A DNA stretch of 64,000 bases from a virus. This document shows, in pieces, positions 18,840 to 27,199 of the stretch. The notes under the pieces are model-generated. The model was not told the origin of the DNA. It did no database searches and saw only the letters and a program-made list of their open reading frames with translations. Within the stretch, counting starts at the first letter, position 1, and every line of letters begins with the position of its first letter. A program made the position numbers and the translations under genes. The DNA lies in IMG/VR virus record IMGVR_UViG_3300045988_168409. The stretch is one strand, 5' to 3'.

Positions 18840-19019
18840 TTATTTTTTGATCTCCGCCTCTAAAAGCTGTATGCCCTCCATGATTGCATCGGTTCGCGTG
18901 CCGTTGATTGCTTTTGCGCACTCTTCTATGCGCTCCAGCTCGTTTGGCGTCAGGCGAAGTCCTATACGCTCCGTGCGGGATACATCTTGTTTCGGCGGTC
19001 TGCCCTTGCAAGGGGGCAT
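18840..19019 (-). CDS. Ribbon-helix-helix (Arc/CopG-like) regulator
   Basis: 59 aa from ATG 19019 (AGGAGGTG RBS); ...RIGLRLTPNELERIEECAKAINGTRTDAIMEGI... Confidence 0.6.
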   Translation of the reverse strand: MPPCKGRPPKQDVSRTERIGLRLTPNELERIEECAKAINGTRTDAIMEGIQLLEAEIKK

Positions 19020-19045
19020 CGTTCTCACCTCCTTTTTGCACGACC

Positions 19046-19074
19046 ATAATACAATATGCACGACCAAAAGTCAA
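19046..19074 (-). promoter_or_regulatory. Leftward sigma-70-type promoter with two GGTCGTGCA operator repeats
   Basis: Minus strand TTGACT - 17 nt - TATTAT; direct repeats (plus strand TGCACGACC) at 19037-19045 and 19057-19065. Confidence 0.55.
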
Positions 19075-19113
19075 CAGGTAGCTAAACATTATTTCAAATT
19101 TTTCTTCAGCCGA

Positions 19114-19146
19114 GAAAGACCGCTTATTGGCGGTCTTTTCTCTTTT
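19114..19146 (+). terminator. Plus-strand terminator-like hairpin
   Basis: GAAAGACCGC-TTATTG-GCGGTCTTT(T) followed by T-rich run; could end the transcript from the 18728 promoter. Confidence 0.45.
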
Positions 19147-19152
19147 CCTGTG

Positions 19153-19362
19153 TCAGTCGTCGGGATCAGCATATGGACACGGGCCCGTGCAGCGGCGGGC
19201 AACCAGCTCCAGCGCTTTATGCAGCGCGTCCCGCTTGGAAGCGGCGGAGGCGACGATATAGGCGGGCGGCTCCGAATTGTCGTCCGACGTGATAGTGATG
19301 CGGTAGGTTTTCAACAGCGCCTGATTTTTCTGCTTAATCACCGGTGGGTTCCCCTTTCCCAA
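19153..19362 (-). CDS. Hypothetical protein
   Basis: 69 aa, TTG start with GGAG 7 nt upstream; overlaps end of ThyX-like gene by 29 nt. Confidence 0.4.
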   Translation of the reverse strand: MGKGNPPVIKQKNQALLKTYRITITSDDNSEPPAYIVASAASKRDALHKALELVARRCTGPCPYADPDD

Positions 19363-20566
19363 TAATCAGCTCCGAATATGGCAAGGTCTCGATCCATGCG
19401 CACAGCTCGCGCCACTCGTCGAGCTTGTGGTTCCGGCGGGCGTGGTAGATATTGCGCAGCACCGCGTAGTTCAAGTCCCACGTCCGGCGCTGGTTGTAGC
19501 TGGACGGCAGGAGCTGAAGAATCGTGTACCATATCTTCTTTCTGACCGTGGTGTCGTCACAGGTAAAGTAAGCATCTCGCAGCTCATTCAGCGTATCCAC
19601 AAGCGGTCTCGCCACGCTCTCGAACACATTGACATACGCCGCGTATCTGTACTTATCGTTGATAATGTCGCAGATGCAGGTGTGCGACACACCGTACTGC
19701 CTTGCTATCTGCCGCTTGCTCACCGTGCCAGAGTCCCACAGGCGTTTGATTTCTTCACGCTGTTCTGGTGTAAACCTGCCCTGATAGGTGTCTGTCACTC
19801 TCGGCTGTAATCCGTTGTCTACTGCGTGTTTCTGGTTCTCAGACCGAGTAGTCCATTCAAGGTTCTCTGCGGCGTTGTTCATTCGATTGCCGTCTATGTG
19901 ATTAACTTCCGGTTTCCCGGTCGGGTTCGGGACGAACGCCTTAGCGACAAGTCGGTGGACACGGAGCTGACTTCCTCCCAGCGTTACAAAGATGTATCCG
20001 TCGGCGTGCACGCTGCCGGAAAGCACCCTTTCTCCGTGTCTGACACGGCCCGCACTGCTCACCTCGTACTCGTCATTTATGGCCCTCCATTCTTCGCCCT
20101 CCTCGTCGAAATCTGGGCGGAACTGCTTCACTTCGTTTTTATACCCAGGGAGTTTGTCAAAGCTGAAATCCGACATCTCGAAAGGTTTGTGGAGGAGCTT
20201 ATGCATTTTGGAGCAGGAGTTAGCTACTGTCCCAACCTTGTATGTGTCCGCCTCAGACCACCAATACAACGGCGCGGTCACGTCGAGCTGCACATGGATC
20301 ATGCGCAGAAACTTCCCGTCGTCCGGGCCGGAGTTGGCAAGGGCCTGCATCAGATGGAAATCATTTTCGCCGACGCAGAAACGATATTTATCCGGATCGC
20401 AGCCCTTGGCCGGTTCGTTATCGTTCATAACCATAGGGCAATCGCCGTCCCAATCTGCGCACGGGCATTTGTGGCTGTCGCTCTTTGCCCAGCTATTCTT
20501 CGGATTTCGCATGCCACGGATCGCGGCTTCCCAGCCGCAGGTTTCAACGTTCTCGATCTTTATCAT
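19334..20566 (-). CDS. ThyX-like (Thy1 fold) protein interrupted in frame by an HNH endonuclease module
   Basis: 410 aa; N part ...FLRMIHVQLDVTAPLYWWSEADTYKVGTVANSCSKMH... and C part ...SYNQRRTWDLNYAVLRNIYHARRNHKLDEWRE... align by eye with ThyX; canonical RHR...S motif not evident. Confidence 0.65.
   Translation of the reverse strand: MIKIENVETCGWEAAIRGMRNPKNSWAKSDSHKCPCADWDGDCPMVMNDNEPAKGCDPDKYRFCVGENDFHLMQALANSGPDDGKFLRMIHVQLDVTAPLYWWSEADTYKVGTVANSCSKMHKLLHKPFEMSDFSFDKLPGYKNEVKQFRPDFDEEGEEWRAINDEYEVSSAGRVRHGERVLSGSVHADGYIFVTLGGSQLRVHRLVAKAFVPNPTGKPEVNHIDGNRMNNAAENLEWTTRSENQKHAVDNGLQPRVTDTYQGRFTPEQREEIKRLWDSGTVSKRQIARQYGVSHTCICDIINDKYRYAAYVNVFESVARPLVDTLNELRDAYFTCDDTTVRKKIWYTILQLLPSSYNQRRTWDLNYAVLRNIYHARRNHKLDEWRELCAWIETLPYSELIIGKGEPTGD
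19646..20104 (-). mobile_element. In-frame NUMOD4 + HNH_3 + HTH homing-endonuclease-like insertion
   Basis: aa ~155-307: WRAINDEYEVSSAGRV...VHRLVAKAFVPNPTGKPEVNHIDGNRMNNAAENLEWTTRSENQKHA... then ...SKRQIARQYGVSHTCICDII. Confidence 0.6.
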
Positions 20567-20690
20567 TTTCTTTTCTCCTGTTCTTTTTCTGCTTGATGAG
20601 GTAATGGAGAATGGCGATCGCTTCTAAAAAAAGCGCAATATCCACCGATACGATCGCCGTAGCGAGTGCTAAGTACAGCGCATCGGGCAT
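20544..20690 (-). CDS. Small membrane protein (48 aa)
   Basis: Not in track (<60 aa): MPDALYLALATAIVSVDIALFLEAIAILHYLIKQKKNRRKENDKDRER; GGGAGG 7 nt upstream. Confidence 0.4.
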   Translation of the reverse strand: MPDALYLALATAIVSVDIALFLEAIAILHYLIKQKKNRRKENDKDRER

Positions 20691-20691
20691 A

Positions 20692-20979
20692 TCAAAGCCT
20701 CCCGACGGCTCGCGCGGCCATATACTGCCCGTAGGTCAGACCGGCGGCGCGGGCCTTTTTGGATATGTCCGCGATGGATTCGGCCGGCTTTTTTGCCGCT
20801 CTCTCGGCAAAAGCCTCTTTTGCCTGTTTCTTTCGGTACAGCACGCCATGCTGATCGCAGCAGTACTGTTTATTGGGCGAGTTTTTCCAAAATTCCTGCC
20901 CGCAGTACGGGCAGTGGACGAGACCGAAACGGCGGTTTTCTCCGGAATTGGTGTTCAAGTGTCTGCCTCCTTTACGCAA
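20692..20979 (-). CDS. Zinc-ribbon protein, hypothetical
   Basis: 95 aa; CPYCGQEF...YCCDQH. Confidence 0.45.
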   Translation of the reverse strand: MRKGGRHLNTNSGENRRFGLVHCPYCGQEFWKNSPNKQYCCDQHGVLYRKKQAKEAFAERAAKKPAESIADISKKARAAGLTYGQYMAARAVGRL

Positions 20980-21328
20980 TCCAGAATGTGGCTACGGCGG
21001 CAAGCTCCGGATTCGCTGCAACCAGGAAATTCCACTCGTCAATAAGAGCTTGGAAAAAGCGCTTTGTGCCCGCCACCGAACCCCAGCCGTTAGGAGACTC
21101 GTATGGCTTGTATTTCTCTGGGTGAAGGCGCAGTTCTTCCAGCCCGGTCTGGATTTTTGGCATGATTTCCGAGCAAAGACCGTTGTTCGCCTCGTTTACC
21201 CACGGCAGACCCGTGGAGCGCACGATGATCTCACGGGCGTTCCATGTGACGTTCGCTATTCCGTATCCAACCGGAACATATCCGGGCGCACCTTCGACTT
21301 TTACCTTGAACTCGACGTTATAGCTCAT
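20972..21328 (-). CDS. Hypothetical protein
   Basis: 118 aa, overlaps neighbours by 8-11 nt (operon packing). Confidence 0.5.
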   Translation of the reverse strand: MSYNVEFKVKVEGAPGYVPVGYGIANVTWNAREIIVRSTGLPWVNEANNGLCSEIMPKIQTGLEELRLHPEKYKPYESPNGWGSVAGTKRFFQALIDEWNFLVAANPELAAVATFWIA

Positions 21329-21500
21329 AGGGCGTACCTCCTTTGATTAGCGCCGCACGCAGCTGCGGCGGGATCATTTTCCGCTCGGCTTCCTGCATAA
21401 GAAGCCGCTCTGCCTTGCGCTTGGACATGGGTTTCGGTTTTGGCTGGATTTCCCCGCGCTTGGCGGCCATAGCCGTGGGATTCGTTTTGTGCTGTCCCAT
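21318..21500 (-). CDS. Hypothetical basic protein
   Basis: 60 aa from ATG 21500. Confidence 0.4.
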   Translation of the reverse strand: MGQHKTNPTAMAAKRGEIQPKPKPMSKRKAERLLMQEAERKMIPPQLRAALIKGGTPYEL

Positions 21501-21502
21501 CG

Positions 21503-21706
21503 TTAACCTCCCCGCAAGGCACGGCGAATTTCTTCGTAGCTCTCCGTTACCTGTATACGTCCAAACATAGTGTCTGGGGTGAAAACCGCTATCCGGCATC
21601 CGTTTTTTTCGCGCTCAACCCATCTTATCTGGTTGCAATTCAGCAAATAGGTTTCCGCTTCACCACCGGTGGTGTACACTCGGTGTACTTCGATAAAATC
21701 ACTCAT
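21503..21706 (-). CDS. Hypothetical protein
   Basis: 67 aa. Confidence 0.45.
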   Translation of the reverse strand: MSDFIEVHRVYTTGGEAETYLLNCNQIRWVEREKNGCRIAVFTPDTMFGRIQVTESYEEIRRALRGG

Positions 21707-21885
21707 TCTTTTCCTTCCCTTCTTTTTCGGAGATGTTCACGAATAAAATAAGAATAAATGTTCAGCAACGCGCCTTCTTCGGTTTCGTTGAGGGAAATGC
21801 CCATCATCGCATATTCCGGTCTTAGCAAAATGTGGATCGTGGCCTCCTCCCACTGCGCAAGACTGGCTACGTCACTGACTACCAT
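21703..21885 (-). CDS. Hypothetical protein
   Basis: 60 aa, ATGA-type overlap with next gene. Confidence 0.45.
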   Translation of the reverse strand: MVVSDVASLAQWEEATIHILLRPEYAMMGISLNETEEGALLNIYSYFIREHLRKRREGKE

Positions 21886-22237
21886 TGTCTTCCTCCTTTA
21901 CTTCTTCCAGAAAATCAAAGCTGTCGAGAAAGTCGTTGTACTGCCGGATGCAGGATTCCAGAACCGGGAAGTACTTGATATCCTTCTTGTAATTCTCGGA
22001 ATAAAATGGCGTATAGGGCTGCCCAAATTCTTCGTCAAGTACCAGGATGTTGTTGAAGTCATCCCAGACATCCAGATCCGGTAAGAAGCAGATCGACACG
22101 GAAAGCTTGTGAGCAAAGCGCCGCTCGGCAAACATAAACGCCTCTGCATGTATCCATGCTCCGCCGGGCAGGAATCCCGCGTCCCGAAGCTGCTGCACGG
22201 TCGGGACGTATTTCAGCTTGTAGCTTTTTGCCTTCAT
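21872..22237 (-). CDS. Hypothetical protein
   Basis: 121 aa from ATG 22237 (GGAGGG RBS). Confidence 0.5.
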   Translation of the reverse strand: MKAKSYKLKYVPTVQQLRDAGFLPGGAWIHAEAFMFAERRFAHKLSVSICFLPDLDVWDDFNNILVLDEEFGQPYTPFYSENYKKDIKYFPVLESCIRQYNDFLDSFDFLEEVKEEDNGSQ

Positions 22238-22431
22238 CCGAGCCCTCCGACCGCAATAAGCGGGCAATCGCTGCGCCTGTACTGCATATCGCAGGGATTT
22301 CCCTCAATGCGCCAGATTTGTTTATCTGCAACGCCGTAGCAGACAGGGAAGTCGTCGTTTGTATACCCACACAGCGGACAGCTGCCGCAGGATTTTGGCA
22401 TGGCGTCTACCGTAATGCTGTAGATTTTCAT
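22234..22431 (-). CDS. Cys-rich hypothetical protein
   Basis: 65 aa from ATG 22431; CGSCPLCG... Confidence 0.45.
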   Translation of the reverse strand: MKIYSITVDAMPKSCGSCPLCGYTNDDFPVCYGVADKQIWRIEGNPCDMQYRRSDCPLIAVGGLG

Positions 22432-22616
22432 TCCGCGTCCTCCTTGTCTCGACGCGGCCATCTTTTCTGTAGCCAGGCTATAGAAGGGTCTGCGTAGCAT
22501 TTTGGCCGATCGTGCGGCTTTGCCCAGCGAGAGAAGCGGGTGCATCGGATCAACCCGCCATGGCAGCGTTTCCCGTCGCTATAGTCGCAGAATCGGCATT
22601 CACGAATATCACTCAT
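22428..22616 (-). CDS. Cys-rich hypothetical protein
   Basis: 62 aa from ATG 22616. Confidence 0.45.
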   Translation of the reverse strand: MSDIRECRFCDYSDGKRCHGGLIRCTRFSRWAKPHDRPKCYADPSIAWLQKRWPRRDKEDAE

Positions 22617-22846
22617 TTTCCTACTCCTTTCGGCATGGCTGGCGGTAGCATCCAGTAATCCGGCGCGTTTTCGCAGTCCGCATACCATCCGCCATCTGTA
22701 TAGGCGCACCAGGATGGAACGCCATCGACGATATTGCAGATGAAGCCTACGGCCATGTTGGTTTCGCTCCCGTTATCGAACAGCATCAGGACATCTTCGT
22801 GCATCATCGGCAATTCTTTTTTGCATTTAACCCAGTTCCGTCTCAT
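22613..22846 (-). CDS. DUF551-like protein
   Basis: 77 aa from ATG 22846 (AGGAGGG RBS); N-terminal W-x-K-x-KKELP motif. Confidence 0.5.
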   Translation of the reverse strand: MRRNWVKCKKELPMMHEDVLMLFDNGSETNMAVGFICNIVDGVPSWCAYTDGGWYADCENAPDYWMLPPAMPKGVGK

Positions 22847-22848
22847 TG

Positions 22849-23289
22849 CTAAAACCCTCCTTTCGGCGGTTTGGGAAGCTCTGCCCACGCGACAATGGGC
22901 TGGCCGGGATAAACTCTGTCCCATACGAGTTTCCAACGATATTTCATTTCACCACGGATCAGAGCTCGCTCATAGATCAGTGGCAAGACATTTGTGCCGT
23001 CTGTTGCGATGACGTAAACCCACTCGAAACCTCTCTGCGTTCGATTAACATCCGGGAGCTTGTCTTTTACTCTGTGCCATTGCGCAACGTCGGCAGAAGG
23101 AATTTGAGCAAAAGCCTCTTCGGCGGTTGTGTATGGCACAGCGCCCTGCGAAAAGTCGTTTGCCAGATCATTAAAGGCTTGGGCGATGATCCCGCTTTCA
23201 CCGCCCAGCTCATCGAAGGCGCTCTGCGCCTCTTTCGCTTCCTTGCGGATGTAGGCGATCACGTCGCTCTTTTTCATGTATTTATCCAT
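22849..23289 (-). CDS. DUF551-like protein
   Basis: 146 aa; ...WHRVKDKLPDV... ...WAELPKPP. Confidence 0.5.
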   Translation of the reverse strand: MDKYMKKSDVIAYIRKEAKEAQSAFDELGGESGIIAQAFNDLANDFSQGAVPYTTAEEAFAQIPSADVAQWHRVKDKLPDVNRTQRGFEWVYVIATDGTNVLPLIYERALIRGEMKYRWKLVWDRVYPGQPIVAWAELPKPPKGGF

Positions 23290-23377
23290 TGTTTCGGTCC
23301 CTTACTTCCGTGAGAATTTCCTGCAACAATTTCTCTACGCGGAGTATCGCGTCGTAAATCAATGCGTCCCAGCCCAT

Positions 23378-23728
23378 TTAAGCGTCGCTCCTTTTCGGCT
23401 TGTCGATAGGAAGACAAGCGGCGTTGCAGTAGGTGATGTACTTATCGAGCGGGACAAGCACGGTGTCGTACTGCCTGTACTTCTTGCAGAAGCCGATGCA
23501 CATCTGTACCGGCTCATCGACCTTGCACACGCCTCCGGCGCCATAGCCGCTTTCCTGCCACTCTTTCAGGGAATAGACCTCTGCGGCATTGGGGTATTCG
23601 GTATAGCCGCTGAAGGAGCGCTTTTCTTCGTCATTGGTGCGGCTGCCCCACAGCCAGCACGGCATACCGAACTTCCAGCCGTGTATCGTGTGCTTGATGC
23701 TGACGGCCACGAGATTTCTTTCATCCAT
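23378..23728 (-). CDS. Hypothetical protein (5' boundary uncertain; ORF open to 23953)
   Basis: 116 aa from ATG 23728 (AGGAGG upstream); alternative start ATG 23911 would add a CxxC segment and overlap the next ORF. Confidence 0.45.
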   Translation of the reverse strand: MDERNLVAVSIKHTIHGWKFGMPCWLWGSRTNDEEKRSFSGYTEYPNAAEVYSLKEWQESGYGAGGVCKVDEPVQMCIGFCKKYRQYDTVLVPLDKYITYCNAACLPIDKPKRSDA

Positions 23729-24098
23729 TTTGCACCGTTCCTCCTGTTGTGCTGGTGTGGTGGTTTTGCAGCTTCGGACAAACCGTGCATTGACCGCTGC
23801 AATATTCCCATCCTCCGCCGCAGGGGCGCATTCCCATTGGAAGCGTTGTTCCAGCGTTTTCGGTAATGGGCGGTACTCGCAGACGAAACAGCGTTTCGAT
23901 GCGCTGCCCATTTTTCGGCGGAGTGTTCCATGACGCAGTACGGGCAAGCTCAAAATGCTTCATGCATTCTGCGAACGTCAGCCCAAGCGCCCTCTCGACC
24001 AATTCGCTGTCCACCCATTCCCCAAATAGAAGCCGACGCATCGTGTCATTGTCCTCACGCATGATCTTTTCGACGTTGTTTGTTTCAGGTATCATCAC
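23721..24098 (-). CDS. Hypothetical protein (3' half may be non-genuine)
   Basis: 125 aa; first ~60 aa look protein-like, the rest overlaps the alternative frame of 23378-23953. Confidence 0.35.
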   Translation of the reverse strand: MMIPETNNVEKIMREDNDTMRRLLFGEWVDSELVERALGLTFAECMKHFELARTASWNTPPKNGQRIETLFRLRVPPITENAGTTLPMGMRPCGGGWEYCSGQCTVCPKLQNHHTSTTGGTVQNG

Positions 24099-24393
24099 GG
24101 GTTTCCTTTCTTTTGATTTTTTGTGCCGTGCTCCGGTATTTCTGCGGGAGAGGGAACACGGTGATGAGTACGTCGTTATTGAAAATGTATACGTTGTTGC
24201 AGTAGACGCGGATGTTGTTGGCAGTCTTATGCTTCCAATACAGGGCGGTTATGTAGCGGTTCAGGCTGCCTTTTGTTTCGCGGTGGCGGATGCCGTTTTC
24301 GAGCGCTTTCTGCGCGTTCTTTTCGGCGGAGCGCTTCGGGAGACCGACGCGCTCCTTTGTCCGCTGCACGGCGTGGTCCGTCAGGTGGCACAT
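24085..24393 (-). CDS. Hypothetical protein
   Basis: 102 aa from ATG 24393. Confidence 0.45.
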   Translation of the reverse strand: MCHLTDHAVQRTKERVGLPKRSAEKNAQKALENGIRHRETKGSLNRYITALYWKHKTANNIRVYCNNVYIFNNDVLITVFPLPQKYRSTAQKIKRKETRDDT

Positions 24394-24980
24394 TCCGCAG
24401 CCGCTTTCTCTTCCGCCTCGATCATCCAATCGAGATATACCGCCGCTTTGCGCAGATCCTCCGTGCCGTTCTTGAGCCGGTAACGCCACAGATACTTGAT
24501 GACGTTTCCTTTGCAGTAGTCGGCGAACTCCTTGTCGCCGAGGCTTGCGCGGATCGCGTCGATGCACTCAATGCCTCCCTGCGTGTAGTGCTCCGGGTGG
24601 CTGACAACATTGTTTTGCTGCTGGGGCTTTTCGCTGGGCGGAAGCTGCGGGGCGTCGCACATAAGTTTCACGGCTCTGTCGTCCCAATACTCTGTGGCGC
24701 CGACCTTGCGCGGGTCGTTGCCCCAGAGCTTTTTCATGGCCTCCGTGTTGTCGTTCACAGCGTCAAAGGTCAGGCCGACATTTTCACACGCTTCGAGGGC
24801 GGCGGTCAGGTGCCCGCCTTCGCGCGTCGTCCAGAGGATCAGTTCCGCTCCCTCTTCTTTGGCGGTTCTGGCGGCGTTGATCGTCGGCCAGATGGGCTTT
24901 TTGATATCCGGCCAGTCGGTTTCAAACAGGGTGTTGTCGAAATCTACCGCGATGGTGCGCGGCATTTTGGGCTCACTCAT
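24381..24980 (-). CDS. HAD-like phosphatase domain fused to DUF3310-like domain
   Basis: 199 aa; IAVDFDNTL (HAD motif I) ... C-terminal SHPEHYTQGGIECIDAI...GNVIKYLWRY..KNG.EDL.KA..YL. Confidence 0.6.
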   Translation of the reverse strand: MSEPKMPRTIAVDFDNTLFETDWPDIKKPIWPTINAARTAKEEGAELILWTTREGGHLTAALEACENVGLTFDAVNDNTEAMKKLWGNDPRKVGATEYWDDRAVKLMCDAPQLPPSEKPQQQNNVVSHPEHYTQGGIECIDAIRASLGDKEFADYCKGNVIKYLWRYRLKNGTEDLRKAAVYLDWMIEAEEKAAAECAT

Positions 24981-25419
24981 TTGTTGTATCCTCCAATACT
25001 TCGTTTTCCGGGAAAAATCCCGATTCGTCTATGCCGTCCACGGATTCCGGGACTTCTATGGCTTCTTCTGTGCTGCGCTCGGCGTCTGTTTCGGCGGTCG
25101 TCTTGGGGCGTGAGAAGAAAACATGCTCGACATGGAGATACTGCTCCGAGCGGAGACGCGACCCATCCGCGCGCTTCTGGCAGCGGCTGCGGAGACTTCC
25201 CTGCACAATGATCTCCTGCCCCGGCTGGACGGAGGACAGCACGAGCTCCGCTACGCGCCCCTTTGCCCGGCACTGGATGAAGTCTGTATACAGAACGCCC
25301 ATGTACCGGCGGTTGCGCGGGATCGCCAGGTCGAATGTCACATAGTCCCGACCGTCGATGTCGAGCTTTTCTTTCGGCAGGGAACAGAGCCGCCCCTGCA
25401 GAACATACTGGTTCAGCAT
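24973..25419 (-). CDS. ssb: Single-stranded DNA-binding protein (OB fold, acidic tail)
   Basis: 148 aa; OB-like N-terminus and acidic C-terminus ...FFPENEVLEDTTNE. Confidence 0.65.
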   Translation of the reverse strand: MLNQYVLQGRLCSLPKEKLDIDGRDYVTFDLAIPRNRRYMGVLYTDFIQCRAKGRVAELVLSSVQPGQEIIVQGSLRSRCQKRADGSRLRSEQYLHVEHVFFSRPKTTAETDAERSTEEAIEVPESVDGIDESGFFPENEVLEDTTNE

Positions 25420-25721
25420 GGGGAGCCCTCCCGAATGTGTACGGTCGTTTCGACCTCCCAGTCGTGCTCGTCCTTGAGCGCCTGCTTCACTTCGGCAAGG
25501 CGCAGGTTGCCGGAAACGACGCTCTCGTTGATGGAGGCGAAGCGCCGAGAGAGAATGTGGAGAAATTCATCCGAGACACCCATATCGTCCACCAGACACC
25601 ACGCCATCATGGTGAGTATGTAGTCGGTCGTATCGTCGAACGTTTTTTTGCAGGCGCGCCGGACATCCGCCTCCGTACAGAGCACTTTATTCGGATTTGT
25701 TTTCTGCGACTTCCGGCTCAT
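25413..25721 (-). CDS. Hypothetical protein
   Basis: 102 aa. Confidence 0.45.
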   Translation of the reverse strand: MSRKSQKTNPNKVLCTEADVRRACKKTFDDTTDYILTMMAWCLVDDMGVSDEFLHILSRRFASINESVVSGNLRLAEVKQALKDEHDWEVETTVHIREGSPC

Positions 25722-26001
25722 CCTTTTCCTCCTCCCAGATGATTACCTGATGTTCGCCGAGTACACGACGGAGCGGCAGCTTTGCACCGCTCAAAAGAAC
25801 CATCGCATTAAGCGATGTATCGTCTGCTATGAAGCTGTCCGCCACGCACACGCCGTCCGTTGCGATGCCTTTGCGTGTGTCAACGATAACCGGCTGTCCT
25901 TCCTTGAGCTTCCGCCCGTTCGGTACGGAAAAAAGATACGGACCATTGCCGCTGGCCAGGTGCTTTACAAGCACGACATTGTGCAAAACTTTTTCTTCCA
26001 T
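25687..26001 (-). CDS. Hypothetical protein
   Basis: 104 aa. Confidence 0.45.
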   Translation of the reverse strand: MEEKVLHNVVLVKHLASGNGPYLFSVPNGRKLKEGQPVIVDTRKGIATDGVCVADSFIADDTSLNAMVLLSGAKLPLRRVLGEHQVIIWEEEKDEPEVAENKSE

Positions 26002-26028
26002 GTTGTTTACCTTCCTTCAAAAAAGTAT

Positions 26029-26769
26029 TTATTCGGGGATTTCCCCGGTGATGCGCCTGGTGGCTACGGCGTAGTATTCTGCCGAGAGCTCTATTCCGAT
26101 GAATTTTCGGCCGGTTCGGATCGCGGCTACGCCGGTTGACCCGCTGCCCATGCAGAAATCCAGCACCGTATCATTTGGGCGTGTGTATGTTTTTATAAGA
26201 TATTCGAGCAGGGCCACGGGCTTCTGCGTCGGGTGAAACGCTGCCAGCTGCTTGTCGCTTTTGAAGCGGAGCACCTGTGTCGGGTAGCGCTCGGTGCTGT
26301 CGTAGGACGTAGCGCCGTAGGCTCCGTAGACCTCCCCTTTTCGACAGTTCCGCTTGCTGTACGCCGAGCTCACCTTTCGGGTATGACCGGATGTCTTCTG
26401 CGGGATATAGAGCGGGGGAGAGCGATAGAACACCGCAATGTTTTCCACATCCCGCAGCGGCTGCCGTTTGGCGTTCAGAAAGCCGGTAGGGGACGTTTTC
26501 TGCCACACCCAGTCGTACCGGTATTCCTTCGGGTTCGAGAGGCGCAGAGCGCTTCCAAACGGCTCACCGCCGAAGAGGAGAATGGCGCCGTCTTTCTTCA
26601 CGACTCGATGCAGTTCGTCCCAGAGCGGGGCGAATGGTATGGGGCTGTCCCATTTGCAGCGCGTCGTGCCGTAGGGCGGATCCGCAAGGACCATATCCAC
26701 GCTTCCGGCGGGAAGCTCCTTTAGCTTTGCTATGCAGTCACCGAAAAATAAAAGCTCTTTATTCTCCAT
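26029..26769 (-). CDS. DNA N6-adenine/N4-cytosine methyltransferase (DPPY class)
   Basis: 246 aa from ATG 26769; ...VDMVLADPPYG... then ...HPTQKPVALLEYLI...DFCMGSGSTGVAA... Confidence 0.85.
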   Translation of the reverse strand: MENKELLFFGDCIAKLKELPAGSVDMVLADPPYGTTRCKWDSPIPFAPLWDELHRVVKKDGAILLFGGEPFGSALRLSNPKEYRYDWVWQKTSPTGFLNAKRQPLRDVENIAVFYRSPPLYIPQKTSGHTRKVSSAYSKRNCRKGEVYGAYGATSYDSTERYPTQVLRFKSDKQLAAFHPTQKPVALLEYLIKTYTRPNDTVLDFCMGSGSTGVAAIRTGRKFIGIELSAEYYAVATRRITGEIPE

Positions 26770-27049
26770 GCCCGTACCATCCCATAAAGCCCGCCACCAG
26801 CTGAAGAAACTGGTGGATGTGTTTTTGCAATTCCTCATCCTCCGGGCCGCGGTCGTTCCGGTCATCGTTCAGAAACAAGAAGCACTGAACCGAAGTTACC
26901 CGGTCTTTCCCGCCGGGCATGATCGCAGTCATCCGAAGCGCGGCCATTACCGCGCGCTCCTCTCTCGGGGAAAGGTCAATGAGATCGCCCCATGTCAGCT
27001 GCCCGAATCGGATGGCAATGTCTCTCGCGCGTTCCAGGGTGTTGTCCAT
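26759..27049 (-). CDS. Hypothetical protein
   Basis: 96 aa, first gene after promoter-like element 27159. Confidence 0.45.
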   Translation of the reverse strand: MDNTLERARDIAIRFGQLTWGDLIDLSPREERAVMAALRMTAIMPGGKDRVTSVQCFLFLNDDRNDRGPEDEELQKHIHQFLQLVAGFMGWYGHGE

Positions 27050-27158
27050 CGTATCTATCTCCTTCGCCGCGGCTCGTCATCCCGCGGCTTTGGTTTCAGT
27101 GTAACGCGCGGGCAAAAGTGCTTTGTCCGTAATTATGTACGTTTTTCTCTTTACACCC

Positions 27159-27189
27159 TATATGGCAATCAGGCGGGCATTTCGCAACC
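27159..27189 (-). promoter_or_regulatory. Conserved promoter-like element (copy 3 of 9)
   Basis: GG TTGCGA aatgcccgcctgattgc CATATA GGG. Confidence 0.6.
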
Positions 27190-27199
27190 GACGGGGAAA

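Noticed and set aside
18739-19365. 208-aa plus-strand ORF downstream of the consensus promoter at 18728
   Set aside because: The translation is Cys/Ser/Phe/Arg-rich and overlaps the well-supported RHH gene and its promoter on the other strand. The plus-strand transcript is more likely non-coding antisense RNA.
19646-20104. Intein or group I intron explanation for the HNH module in the ThyX-like gene
   Set aside because: There are no stop codons across the insert, no Cys/Ser at the N-junction, and no His-Asn plus Cys/Ser/Thr at the C-junction. I could not recognise group I P-helices by eye. It is kept as an open check, not as a call.
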